Shown here: positions 34,015-41,883 of the stretch, piece after piece
Layout of the letters: every line of letters starts with the position of its first letter
Numbering within the stretch: position 1 is the first letter of the stretch
Origin: Ilumatobacteraceae bacterium
GTDB taxonomy: Bacteria > Actinomycetota > Acidimicrobiia > Acidimicrobiales > Ilumatobacteraceae
Reading direction: 5' to 3'
DNA length: 51,369 bases
Assembly (NCBI GenBank): GCA_031370745.1
Contig: JANMQX010000093.1
Location: 1 to 51,369 of the forward strand
Made by a program: the position numbers and the translations under genes
The notes under the pieces: model-generated
The model's database searches: none
What the model was told of the DNA's origin: nothing
Seen by the model: the letters and a program-made list of their open reading frames with translations, nothing else

Positions 34015-34773
34015 GTGACTGATCCCGACGATCACGATGACGAGCGCAGCAGTTTGCGCGATGACCTCGAACGCATGATGGCGTTCCCCGGCAAACTGAT
34101 TCCCGCATCGGTCATCGTTCCCGCCTGGCGACGGTTGACAGACGGCGAATCGATCTGGCCGGCGCGTGGGGCAGTCGTCGCTGCGACGATCCTCCAAGTG
34201 GCGCTCCCTAACCGATACGAGATCCCACCGACGTGGCTGTTGCCGACATTTGGGATCCTCCTTGGAATTGGTTTATCGGTAGCGCAACCTCGTCGCATCA
34301 CGCGCCACACCCCGCAGCTTCGACTTGTGAGCATCTTGTTGATTGCGGTGATCACGCTGGCCAATGCCGGATCCGCGGCGCGGTTGATAACAGCGCTGCT
34401 CCAAGGCCGTGCCCACGAGAGCGCCACTACGTTGTTGTTGACCGGCGGTGCAATCTGGCTGACCAACGTGATCGTGTTCGGCATGTGGTACTGGGATCTC
34501 GATCGTGGTGGCCCAGCAGCCCGCGCCCAGGCAATGAAGACGTTTCCCGACTTCCTGTTTCCCCAGATGACTTCGCCGGAGCTGTCGCCAACGGACTGGC
34601 AGCCACTGTTCTTCGACTATCTCTACCTGTCGTTCACCAACGCTGCTGCGTTCAGCCCCACGGACACCCTGCCGTTGGCACGGTGGGCGAAGATGGCGAT
34701 GATGCTGCAGTCGATCGTGTCACTCGGAACGGTCGTGCTGGTCGTGGCCCGTGCCGTAAACATCTTGAAATGA
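34015..34773 (+). CDS. DUF1345-like integral membrane protein
   Basis: Several TM segments and the C-terminal motif FFDYLYLSFTNAAAFSPTDTLPLARWAKMAMMLQSIVSLGTVVLVVARAVNIL, which resembles DUF1345. Assignment from memory. Confidence 0.6.
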   Translation: MTDPDDHDDERSSLRDDLERMMAFPGKLIPASVIVPAWRRLTDGESIWPARGAVVAATILQVALPNRYEIPPTWLLPTFGILLGIGLSVAQPRRITRHTPQLRLVSILLIAVITLANAGSAARLITALLQGRAHESATTLLLTGGAIWLTNVIVFGMWYWDLDRGGPAARAQAMKTFPDFLFPQMTSPELSPTDWQPLFFDYLYLSFTNAAAFSPTDTLPLARWAKMAMMLQSIVSLGTVVLVVARAVNILK

Positions 34774-34790
34774 CCGCCTGGCTCCAGCGA

Positions 34791-35225
34791 TCAAGGCCCC
34801 TCGACCGTTTCGACATCGACCTCGTCGCCAGGCGCGTCACCGCTCGCTTCAGTTGCCGCGGGTGTGGTGGACTCCGCAGATCGAGCGGCCCACGCCGGGC
34901 GCTTGCCGGTCTCGAGCTCGAGAAGCTCGGCCTTTGCTTCGCGCCAAGCGACGTCGGCTGCGGCGGCTCCCTTGCCGGTTCGGGTTGCTTCCTTGACGAG
35001 CTCGACGGCGCGTTGATGGGCACCTCGAGCTCGTTGTAAGCGCGCAGCTTGTTCGGCCGCTGCGACCTTCAGTCGTTCGGTTTCTGCCTTGCGATCAATC
35101 GCATCCTGCGTTGCTTTGCGGTCGGCGGCTTCTGAGTCACGAAGGCTTTCGGCAAACCGCTCGGCATCGGTGAGCGGGCGTGGTGGCGGGGCCTTGGGAC
35201 GGCGACGACTCGGCATCGGCGTCAT
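34791..35225 (-). CDS. Hypothetical charged/coiled-coil protein
   Basis: 144 aa with a basic Pro-rich N-terminus (RRRPKAPPPRP), a long helical Ala/Glu/Arg/Lys segment and an acidic tail. No recognisable domain. Confidence 0.5.
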   Translation of the reverse strand: MTPMPSRRRPKAPPPRPLTDAERFAESLRDSEAADRKATQDAIDRKAETERLKVAAAEQAARLQRARGAHQRAVELVKEATRTGKGAAAADVAWREAKAELLELETGKRPAWAARSAESTTPAATEASGDAPGDEVDVETVEGP

Positions 35226-35285
35226 TGTGGTCGGAGATCACCCCGATCTCAACACGTGAAACCTGATTCAGGCCAGGCGATGTTG

Positions 35286-35543
35286 TTATCGCAGTATCAG
35301 CACGATGATGACGATGAGGAGGACGAGGCCGATCAGGCCACCGCTGATGAAGATACCGGATGCGAGCAACATGCAGTCGGAGTACCCATCCGGGTGACAT
35401 GGCAAACGGGCATTTCCGGTGGCGGGAGCATCGTCGACACGTTTGGTCGCGGCCCCTGCCGGGTAATCCGGGGGTCCCCGCCGGCCGTCGATCTTTGCAA
35501 CGACGACCGGAAGACCGAGCAGAAAGTAGATGACCATGGACAA
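35286..35543 (-). CDS. Possible small membrane protein (hydrophobic N- and C-termini)
   Basis: MSMVIYFLLGLPVVVA...CHPDGYSDC...GIFISGGLIGLVLLIVIIVLILR. GC-rich third positions. The start overlaps the divergent CsbD start by 14 nt. The opposite-strand acidic ORF (35256-35624) looks like its mirror image. Confidence 0.35.
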   Translation of the reverse strand: MSMVIYFLLGLPVVVAKIDGRRGPPDYPAGAATKRVDDAPATGNARLPCHPDGYSDCMLLASGIFISGGLIGLVLLIVIIVLILR

Positions 35544-35727
35544 CGATCTCGATCAAGCGAAAGGCCGGATCAAGCAGGCGGTCGGCGATCTCACTGGCAA
35601 CAAGGACCTCAAGAAGCAAGGTAAGGTCGACGAGACCGCTGGCAAGGCGAAGGACGTCATCGAAGATACGAAGAACAAGGCCGAGGGCTTCGTCGATCGG
35701 GCCCGCGACAAGGTCAACAAGAGCTGA
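35530..35727 (+). CDS. CsbD-family stress-response protein
   Basis: MTMDNDLDQAKGRIKQAVGDLTGNKDLKKQGKVDETAGKAKDVIEDTKNKAEGFVDRARDKV is the typical CsbD repeat pattern. Confidence 0.88.
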   Translation: MTMDNDLDQAKGRIKQAVGDLTGNKDLKKQGKVDETAGKAKDVIEDTKNKAEGFVDRARDKVNKS

Positions 35728-35758
35728 CCCTCAGGCGCCCGGCCGGTAGTCTCCAACT

Positions 35759-36622
35759 ATGAGCGAGCTCCGCAACGCGACGGAGCCGATGGTGGAGGGA
35801 CCGGCCGAGGCGCCGCCTGTGTATCTCGACGCTCGCCGAGAACTGGCTGAGCGCTATTTGTTTGGCAACGGTCTGGAGATTGGTCCACTGCACCAACCGT
35901 TGCCGATGTCGCCAGCTGTCACGGTGTTGTACGTCGACCGTTTGAAGGTTGCCGACCTGCGCCGCGAGTATCCGGAGTTGGCTGAGTGGAACTTGGTTGA
36001 GGCCGACGTTCTCGACGATGGCGAGTTGCTCTCCACGATCGAACCGGCGTCGCAGGATTTCATCGTTGCCAACCACTTTCTCGAGCACTGCGAGAATCCC
36101 ATCGGCACGATCGAGAATCATCTCGGCAAACTTCGGCCCGGTGGGATCTTGTTCTACGCAGTTCCCGACAAGCGCTACACGTTCGACTATTCGCGCGACG
36201 TGACACCTCTCGAGCACATGATCGTTGACTACGAGCAGGGCCCGGAGGCATCGCGGAGCGCGCACTTCGACGACTGGGCTCGGTTTGTCGAGTTCAAGGA
36301 GAACGAAACGGCGCAGGAGACGATCGCTCGAGCTCGCGAGCTCGAACGTGCCGGGCACTCGATCCACATGCATGTGTGGACTCAGGGGGAGTTCCTTCAG
36401 CTGGTTCTCGCTGCCCGCCAGCGATTCGACGACGCATTCGAGATCGAGGCTGCGGTCCGCCAGCAGATCGAGTTCGTTGTGGTGCTACGCAAGCGCGGCC
36501 CGTTACCCGCCCCTCACGTCGCGGTTGCGGCTGCGGAAATATCCCCGACCGAGATGTCGACTGCAGCCAGCGTCAAACACAGAGTCCGCTCTGTTCTGCG
36601 GCGCATTCGCCGCACCGGTTGA
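35759..36622 (+). CDS. Class I SAM-dependent methyltransferase with C-terminal extension
   Basis: GNGLEIGPLHQPL...FIVANHFLEHCENPIGTIENHLGKLRPGGILFYAVPDKRY. TAGTCT (35747-35752) lies 6 nt before ATG (leaderless-type -10). Visibly more T/A-ending codons than neighbouring genes. Confidence 0.8.
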   Translation: MSELRNATEPMVEGPAEAPPVYLDARRELAERYLFGNGLEIGPLHQPLPMSPAVTVLYVDRLKVADLRREYPELAEWNLVEADVLDDGELLSTIEPASQDFIVANHFLEHCENPIGTIENHLGKLRPGGILFYAVPDKRYTFDYSRDVTPLEHMIVDYEQGPEASRSAHFDDWARFVEFKENETAQETIARARELERAGHSIHMHVWTQGEFLQLVLAARQRFDDAFEIEAAVRQQIEFVVVLRKRGPLPAPHVAVAAAEISPTEMSTAASVKHRVRSVLRRIRRTG

Positions 36623-36772
36623 TATTGGCTCGCGGTTGGCCGTGGCCGATGACCCGCCGAGGGAAGATGATCACAACAGCGCTGTGACAATTGCTGAAAC
36701 ACAACACGAAGCGAGAGGCGTCGTACGGCTACAGTCACGCATCGTTGTTGACCCGAGCCACCGCAAACGATC

Positions 36773-37801
36773 ATGCTGAGAGCTGCCCTGCGCGACCTCC
36801 AATGGCGTTGGAAACGATTCGTCATCGCGATGGTCGGCGTCGCCCTGGTGTTCGCGATGGGTCTGATCATGACCGGTCTGTCGACGTCGTTCTCGACCGA
36901 AGTCGATCGGACGCTTGCCTCCATCGGCGCCGAGCGGTGGGCGGTTGCGTCGGATGCCTCCGGGCCGTTCAACTCCTTCAGCCCGATTCCGACCGCCGAG
37001 GCAGCAAACATCGGCGGATCGTCGGTCATGGTGCTCCGCGAGACGATTCAGGACGGGCCGACGGTTCGCGACATCATCGTGATGGGAGTGGAGCCGGGTG
37101 CTCTCGGCTCTCCGCACGCGTCGCGCGGTCAAGACCTGACCAGCTCCGGCCAAGTCGTGGTCGATCGCAGCCTTCCCGGTGCTTCGATCGGCGACACGAT
37201 CTCCTTCGGTGGTCAACACTTCGGGATCGTCGGGACGATTTCTGGGCAGAGTCTGTTTGCCGGCATCCCGCTGGTGTACATCCCGCTGGTGGACGTCCAA
37301 ACCATGGCCGTGGCGGGCCAGCCGCTTGCCACAGCGATGTTGTTTGCAAAGATCCCCACGTTCGTACCTGCTGAGTTGAAGGTGATGTCGAACCAGGATG
37401 TCAAAGACGACGTGTTGCGGCCGTTGAAGGCCGCTCGATCGTCGATCAGCTTCGTACGTCTGCTTTTGTGGCTGGTCGCGGCGATCGTCGTCGGATCCGT
37501 GCTGTACCTTCAGGCGCTCGAACGCAGTCGTGACTTCGCGGTCTTCAAGGCAACAGGTACATCGACAGCGGCGATCGGAGTCGGTCTTGCCGTACAGGCC
37601 GTGATGCTGTCGTTGGCCGCAGCAGTTTTGGCTGCAATACTCGCCACGGTTCTGGCACCGCTGTTCCCACTCAACGTCGAGATTCCGGCGAGTGGCTATC
37701 TGTTGTTGCCCGTGGTCACCGTCGTTGTCGGCCTCCTCGCCTGCTCGATTGCGCTTCGACGCACGGCACGTATTGACCCGGCTACCGCGTTCGGGGGATG
37801 A
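36773..37801 (+). CDS. FtsX/MacB-type ABC transporter permease
   Basis: MLRAALRDLQWRWKRFVIAMVGVALVFAMGLIM (TM1), about 200-aa periplasmic loop, then three C-terminal TMs ending ...IALRRTARIDPATAFGG. Confidence 0.85.
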   Translation: MLRAALRDLQWRWKRFVIAMVGVALVFAMGLIMTGLSTSFSTEVDRTLASIGAERWAVASDASGPFNSFSPIPTAEAANIGGSSVMVLRETIQDGPTVRDIIVMGVEPGALGSPHASRGQDLTSSGQVVVDRSLPGASIGDTISFGGQHFGIVGTISGQSLFAGIPLVYIPLVDVQTMAVAGQPLATAMLFAKIPTFVPAELKVMSNQDVKDDVLRPLKAARSSISFVRLLLWLVAAIVVGSVLYLQALERSRDFAVFKATGTSTAAIGVGLAVQAVMLSLAAAVLAAILATVLAPLFPLNVEIPASGYLLLPVVTVVVGLLACSIALRRTARIDPATAFGG

Positions 37802-37802
37802 G

Positions 37803-38792
37803 ATGACAGGAGCGGCGGCCGGGCTCGTCATCGAAAATCTGACGGTCGAGTTCACGAAAGGTGACTACACGGTTCGGCCGCTCGACGATTTCAGTTGCAA
37901 CGTGCATGCGGGCTCGTTGGCCCTCCTCCTCGGTCCTTCCGGTTGTGGCAAGACCACGTTGTTGTCGTGCCTGGGCGGCATCTTGAAACCGACCGCCGGC
38001 AAGATCTCGTATGGCGGCACCGAGGTCACCGCACTCACCGGTAAGGCGCTCACCTCGTACCGACAACGCGGGGTCGGTGTCGTGTTTCAAGCCTTCAACC
38101 TGGTTCCCAGTCTGAGCGCTGTCGAGAACGTCTCGGTGCCGATGCGCTCGGCTGGCGTCGGCCGACGCGAGGCGCGTGACAAGGCGGTGGCCTTGCTCGA
38201 GAGCGTCGGGTTGGGAGATCGCCTGACCCATCGCCCCAACGGCCTCAGTGGGGGGCAGCAGCAACGTGTCGCGATCGCTCGCGCGCTGGCCCTCGATCCT
38301 TCGCTGCTGCTGGCAGATGAGCCCACGGCGCACTTGGACTACATCCAGGTCGAGGGGATTCTTCGGCTCATCCGTGGCCTCACCGACGGCGGTCGCGTTG
38401 TCGTCGTTGCCACTCACGACGAACGACTGCTCGCGCTTGCGGATCAGATCATCGAGATGCGCCCGAACTTTATGCCCGACGTGGAGAACTCCCGCACCAT
38501 CCATCTCGATGCCGGGAAGAACCTGTTCGAACAGGGTGATCAAAGCGATCTGATCTATGTGGTGGACACCGGTGAACTGGAGGTGTTGCGCGAATCGCCC
38601 GAGGGTGAGGTGCGGCTCAGCATCATCCAGCCTGGCGAATACGTCGGTGAAATGGGTCCGCTGTTCGGTCTCGATCGTTCGGCGACCGTCCGCGCCCGTT
38701 TGGACTCGACGCTGACCGGTTACAGCGTCAAGGCCTTCAGGAACCTTGTCGGCGACGACAAAATTCCGTCAATCATCCGAGGTCGTCGCTGA
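37803..38792 (+). CDS. ABC transporter ATP-binding protein fused to a C-terminal cyclic-nucleotide-binding domain
   Basis: Walker A GPSGCGKTTLL, signature LSGGQQQRVAIARAL, Walker B LLLADEPTAHLD. Then a CAP_ED-like domain (nt 38487-38789): LFEQGDQSDLIYVVDTGELEVL...GEYVGEMGPLFGLDRSATVRA. ATG 37803 is 2 nt after the permease stop. Confidence 0.9.
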   Translation: MTGAAAGLVIENLTVEFTKGDYTVRPLDDFSCNVHAGSLALLLGPSGCGKTTLLSCLGGILKPTAGKISYGGTEVTALTGKALTSYRQRGVGVVFQAFNLVPSLSAVENVSVPMRSAGVGRREARDKAVALLESVGLGDRLTHRPNGLSGGQQQRVAIARALALDPSLLLADEPTAHLDYIQVEGILRLIRGLTDGGRVVVVATHDERLLALADQIIEMRPNFMPDVENSRTIHLDAGKNLFEQGDQSDLIYVVDTGELEVLRESPEGEVRLSIIQPGEYVGEMGPLFGLDRSATVRARLDSTLTGYSVKAFRNLVGDDKIPSIIRGRR

Positions 38793-39309
38793 CGCGACGT
38801 CGGCTGCTATTTCTGGATCTTCAACACGACCCGGAGATCGGCGGTCGATGAGACAGGTCGGACCCGGATGGTGAACAGCGCACCCACGACAGCGGTGCTC
38901 GGGACCTGCAGGTTGTAGATGTACCCAGGAGAGTTGGGCCGCATGACGCCCGTCGTATCGTTCGTTGGATCGCCAAGCCACAGGCCGCGCCGCGCCTGCC
39001 ATCGTCGCCGTCGAGCCAGCACGTGATGGCATCGCCTCCGAAGTAGATCACTTCGCCGCCAAAGCGATCCACGTCGTCGATGACCGCGTGGAAAACCCGG
39101 TTCAGATGCGCGGTCAGCTCCTCAGCGCCCCGTTGTGGACCCAACTCGTTGGCCAGGGCCTCTGTCAGCGGCGTGAAGCCGGAGACGTCGGCGAACAGGG
39201 CAGTGCCCCACACCCGGTCGGTGAGCTCGCGACCTTCACCGATCGCCCGCCGCCGGTCACCTGCGAGATAGGCCTCGGAACGGTCGATGTAGGTGTCGCT
39301 CATAGCCAT
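38769..39309 (-). pseudogene. Remnant of a class III adenylate/guanylate cyclase gene (N-terminal ~175 codons, frameshifted, truncated)
   Basis: From ATG 39309 (GGGAGG 10 nt upstream): MAMSDTYIDRSEAYLAGDRRRAIGEGRELTDRVWGTALFADVSGFTPLTEALANELGPQRGAEELTAHLNRVFHAVIDDVDRFGGEVIYFGGDAITCWLDGDDG. Recognisable continuation appears only in other frames (..GVMRPNSPGYIYNLQV.., ..GRVEDPEIAADV..). It ends against the ABC gene. Confidence 0.55.
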
Positions 39310-39424
39310 CGACGTGCTACCTCCCGAGTGATGCGCTTCGACCCTACTCGGCCACAAAACACGGCCACAGGTCGAAGCCGGTCAGCGAGCAAGGGTGCAT
39401 GCCTTCGACGAGGCTCGCTCGGTG

Positions 39425-40996
39425 CTATTTGAAGTCGGCGAGGATTTCTCCAGCGGCCCGGTAGCCGGTTTCGACGGCCCCATTGAGATATCCCTGGAAG
39501 TCGACGGAGGTGTGTTCACCAGCGAAGAGGCAGTTGCCGCTGCGCTCTCGCTCGGCGCCCGCGAATCCCGTGTACTGGCCCACCTTCCAATACGAGTAGG
39601 ACCCGTTGGTGAATGGGTTCGCCGTCCAAAAGTCGATGGTCGCCCGTCCGTTGAACCGAGACGAAATGCCGGGCAACAGCGGTTCGATCTGTGATGTGAA
39701 CTGTTGCGCGCGCGACGTCGGCGTGCCGGTTCCGAACGTCGCTCCGATCGCGCCGCCGGTGTAGTCGACGAGAATTCCGGCCGTACCTGGCTGGGCTCGA
39801 CTGACCTCCCACGTCGCCTGGTAGCCCGTATCTGCATAGGTGTCACCGTTGACGCCCAAGTCTCGCCAGACCCGGTCGGTGAACTGCACGTTCAGTTTCG
39901 AGTTGGTCCCCATACCCAGCTCTCGGATTGCGCGCAGCTTGACCGGCGAGAAGCCGGCCTTGGAGATGTCAAGCGTGCGCAACACAGCGAACGGCAGGGC
40001 CAACACCACCTTGTCGGCTCGCGATGTGACGCTCTTGCCCTTGGAACTCATGGTGATGTCGTACGCGCCATCGGTTCGGCGTGTCAACGCTGTGAGCGCG
40101 GAGCCGAAGGTGATCTGCCCGGCGAGCAGCGAGCTGAGTCCGGCGACGATCTGATCGTTGCCGCCCCGCACGTGATACTTCTCGTTCGAGGGCCCGAATA
40201 TCCGCAGTTGACCTTGTCCCGAGAATCCGAGCAGATACAGCAGATTCAGCGAACTCTGAACCGAGCATTCGGCGCCATATTCGATGTTGTACGCCACATC
40301 CAGAAGCTGTCCGAGCCTCGAGGTGATTCCGCCGGGAACGCTTTCGTTGATCCAATCGATGATCGACATCTGATCGAGCTGTCGACCGCGTTCTGTGGAG
40401 AGGGTGTACAGGGTCGGGTAGCTGGCCGCCTGCACGTCACTCTTGATCTTCTGCCAAATGCCCTTCAGGTCAGAGGTTGCCTGGGTGTAGGTGTATGGAC
40501 CATTGTCGAACCAGAACCTCGGCTCAGTTCCGTTCTGCTCAGCGGAGAGAAGGTTGTCGAGTGGCAAGCCGAGCGACTGCGCGAGCTGACGCACCGCTGT
40601 GTGTCCCTGGTCGATCAACTCGCCGCCATGTTCTGCGACCTGGCCTTCGGCGAAGTAGTCGTTGATCGACCAGCATCGGCCTCCGAGACGATCTGGCGAT
40701 GCTTCGTGGACCTCGGCCACGTAGCCGGCCTTGCGTAACTGGTACGCGCAGCTCAACCCGGCCAGACCGCCGCCGACGATCACGATGCGTGGACCGGCGG
40801 CCGCCGCGACGGGCGCAGCATCACCGATGTGCCAAGCCGCGGCAGCCGCACCCGCGGCTGCCGCACCGGCAAGAAATCGTCGCCTCGACGTGCCGTCCGG
40901 CGGGCATGTTTCGAGGTGTCGTTCGACGCCGACATCATCTGCGGCGACCTCGGACGCCGCTCGCTGCAGCATCGTCAGTAGTGGGGTGTGCGCCAT
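39425..40996 (-). CDS. Tat-signal flavin-dependent amine oxidase (L-amino-acid/monoamine oxidase family)
   Basis: Twin-arginine SRRRFLAGAAAAGAAAAAW, FAD Rossmann RIVIVGGGLAGLSCAYQLRKAGYVAEVHEASPDRLGGRC, C-terminal LFAGEHTS. ATG 40996 has AGGAG 5 nt upstream, 11 nt after the protease stop. Confidence 0.88.
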   Translation of the reverse strand: MAHTPLLTMLQRAASEVAADDVGVERHLETCPPDGTSRRRFLAGAAAAGAAAAAWHIGDAAPVAAAAGPRIVIVGGGLAGLSCAYQLRKAGYVAEVHEASPDRLGGRCWSINDYFAEGQVAEHGGELIDQGHTAVRQLAQSLGLPLDNLLSAEQNGTEPRFWFDNGPYTYTQATSDLKGIWQKIKSDVQAASYPTLYTLSTERGRQLDQMSIIDWINESVPGGITSRLGQLLDVAYNIEYGAECSVQSSLNLLYLLGFSGQGQLRIFGPSNEKYHVRGGNDQIVAGLSSLLAGQITFGSALTALTRRTDGAYDITMSSKGKSVTSRADKVVLALPFAVLRTLDISKAGFSPVKLRAIRELGMGTNSKLNVQFTDRVWRDLGVNGDTYADTGYQATWEVSRAQPGTAGILVDYTGGAIGATFGTGTPTSRAQQFTSQIEPLLPGISSRFNGRATIDFWTANPFTNGSYSYWKVGQYTGFAGAERERSGNCLFAGEHTSVDFQGYLNGAVETGYRAAGEILADFK

Positions 40997-41007
40997 GATG
41001 TCTCCTG

Positions 41008-41760
41008 TCAGGGAAGTGTCACGTATCCGCTGAGGAACGTGCGCGCCGAGCTTGTATCCAATCGATATACGACGTTGGTAGACCGGCATACTGCGTCGCC
41101 GGTGATCGTCGTGGCCGCGATGGTGGTGCTGTTACCGAGGAAGTTGGGCCCGCCCGAGTCGCCGTAGCAGGTGCCCCCGTCTCCGAGTGTCGCGTTCATC
41201 GAGATCCGCAACCAAGCCGGGTTGATGGAGTTGAGAGTTCCGACTGTTGTCATCCGCACGTCGTTGTATACATAGGTTTTTCCACCCGGACCGCTGGTGA
41301 CCAGGTAGGCCCCATATCCAACGGGGGTGAACGTCTGGCTGGATGACAGCTGCGACAATGTGTTCTGTTTGGGCAGCAACGCCGGTGTAATGCCCTTCAC
41401 CGCATGATCGAGCACCACGACGGCGATGTCGTGTGGGTCGCTCTGGGACTGCGAATACAGCGGATCGGCTCTGAACGTGCCGGAATACACCACGTCGCCC
41501 GCCTTGTAGGCAGTGTCGAAGGTGACTCGGACGCGTTCTGCCTCATTCCCGCAATGAGCAGCAGTGAGGAAAATTGTCGGAGAGATCAACGTGCCCGAGC
41601 AATAGAGCCAGGTTCCATCCGAATACTGGACCGTGTTGACCAATCCTCCGACGTTCGGGTGACCCTCGCCATCGGCAACTCCGTTCGTGATCGCGATGGC
41701 GGGCGCGGCGACCATCAGAACACTGACAACGGCGACCGCTGTCCACCGGATTCGTTTCAA
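41008..41760 (-). CDS. Secreted trypsin-like S1 serine peptidase
   Basis: Signal MKRIRWTAVAVVSVLMVAAPAIA then ITNG. Catalytic triad motifs are LTAAHC, DIAVVVL and GDSGGP. TTG 41760 has a perfect AGGAGG 7 nt upstream. Confidence 0.92.
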   Translation of the reverse strand: MKRIRWTAVAVVSVLMVAAPAIAITNGVADGEGHPNVGGLVNTVQYSDGTWLYCSGTLISPTIFLTAAHCGNEAERVRVTFDTAYKAGDVVYSGTFRADPLYSQSQSDPHDIAVVVLDHAVKGITPALLPKQNTLSQLSSSQTFTPVGYGAYLVTSGPGGKTYVYNDVRMTTVGTLNSINPAWLRISMNATLGDGGTCYGDSGGPNFLGNSTTIAATTITGDAVCRSTNVVYRLDTSSARTFLSGYVTLP

Positions 41761-41883
41761 TTCGTGACCTCCTGAGATCGACGCAAGGAAGCTAACACCG
41801 TTCGCTGCGGACGGAAGCCGAAGCGTAGGGCGTCGAAAACGGTGAGATCGTCTTCCAACGTCCGGTGCGAGGTGCCGGGCGAT

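Noticed and set aside
35248-35263. parS-like sequence CTCAACACGTGAAACC
   Set aside because: Only the right half (CACGTGAAAC) matches, giving 10 of 16 overall. The left arm is unrelated, so it is unlikely to be a functional ParB site.
35256-35624. 122-aa plus-strand ORF with a DDDDEEDE run
   Set aside because: The acidic run is the reverse-complement image of the Leu/Ile/Val-rich TM helix of the minus-strand small ORF, and it also overlaps the CsbD gene out of frame.
36363-36381. Inverted DnaA-box-like pair TCCACATGCATGTGTGGAC
   Set aside because: It lies inside the methyltransferase CDS (encodes SIHMHVWT). Each half matches only the TCCACA core, and the palindrome is imperfect. It is probably a coding coincidence.
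36671-37855. 394-aa ORF antisense to the FtsX permease
   Set aside because: It is an Arg/Asp/His-rich mirror of a hydrophobic membrane protein gene, with no start context.
39704-40738. 344-aa ORF antisense to the amine oxidase
   Set aside because: Same reasoning: the oxidase frame has Tat signal, FAD Rossmann motif and RBS, and the antisense frame has none.
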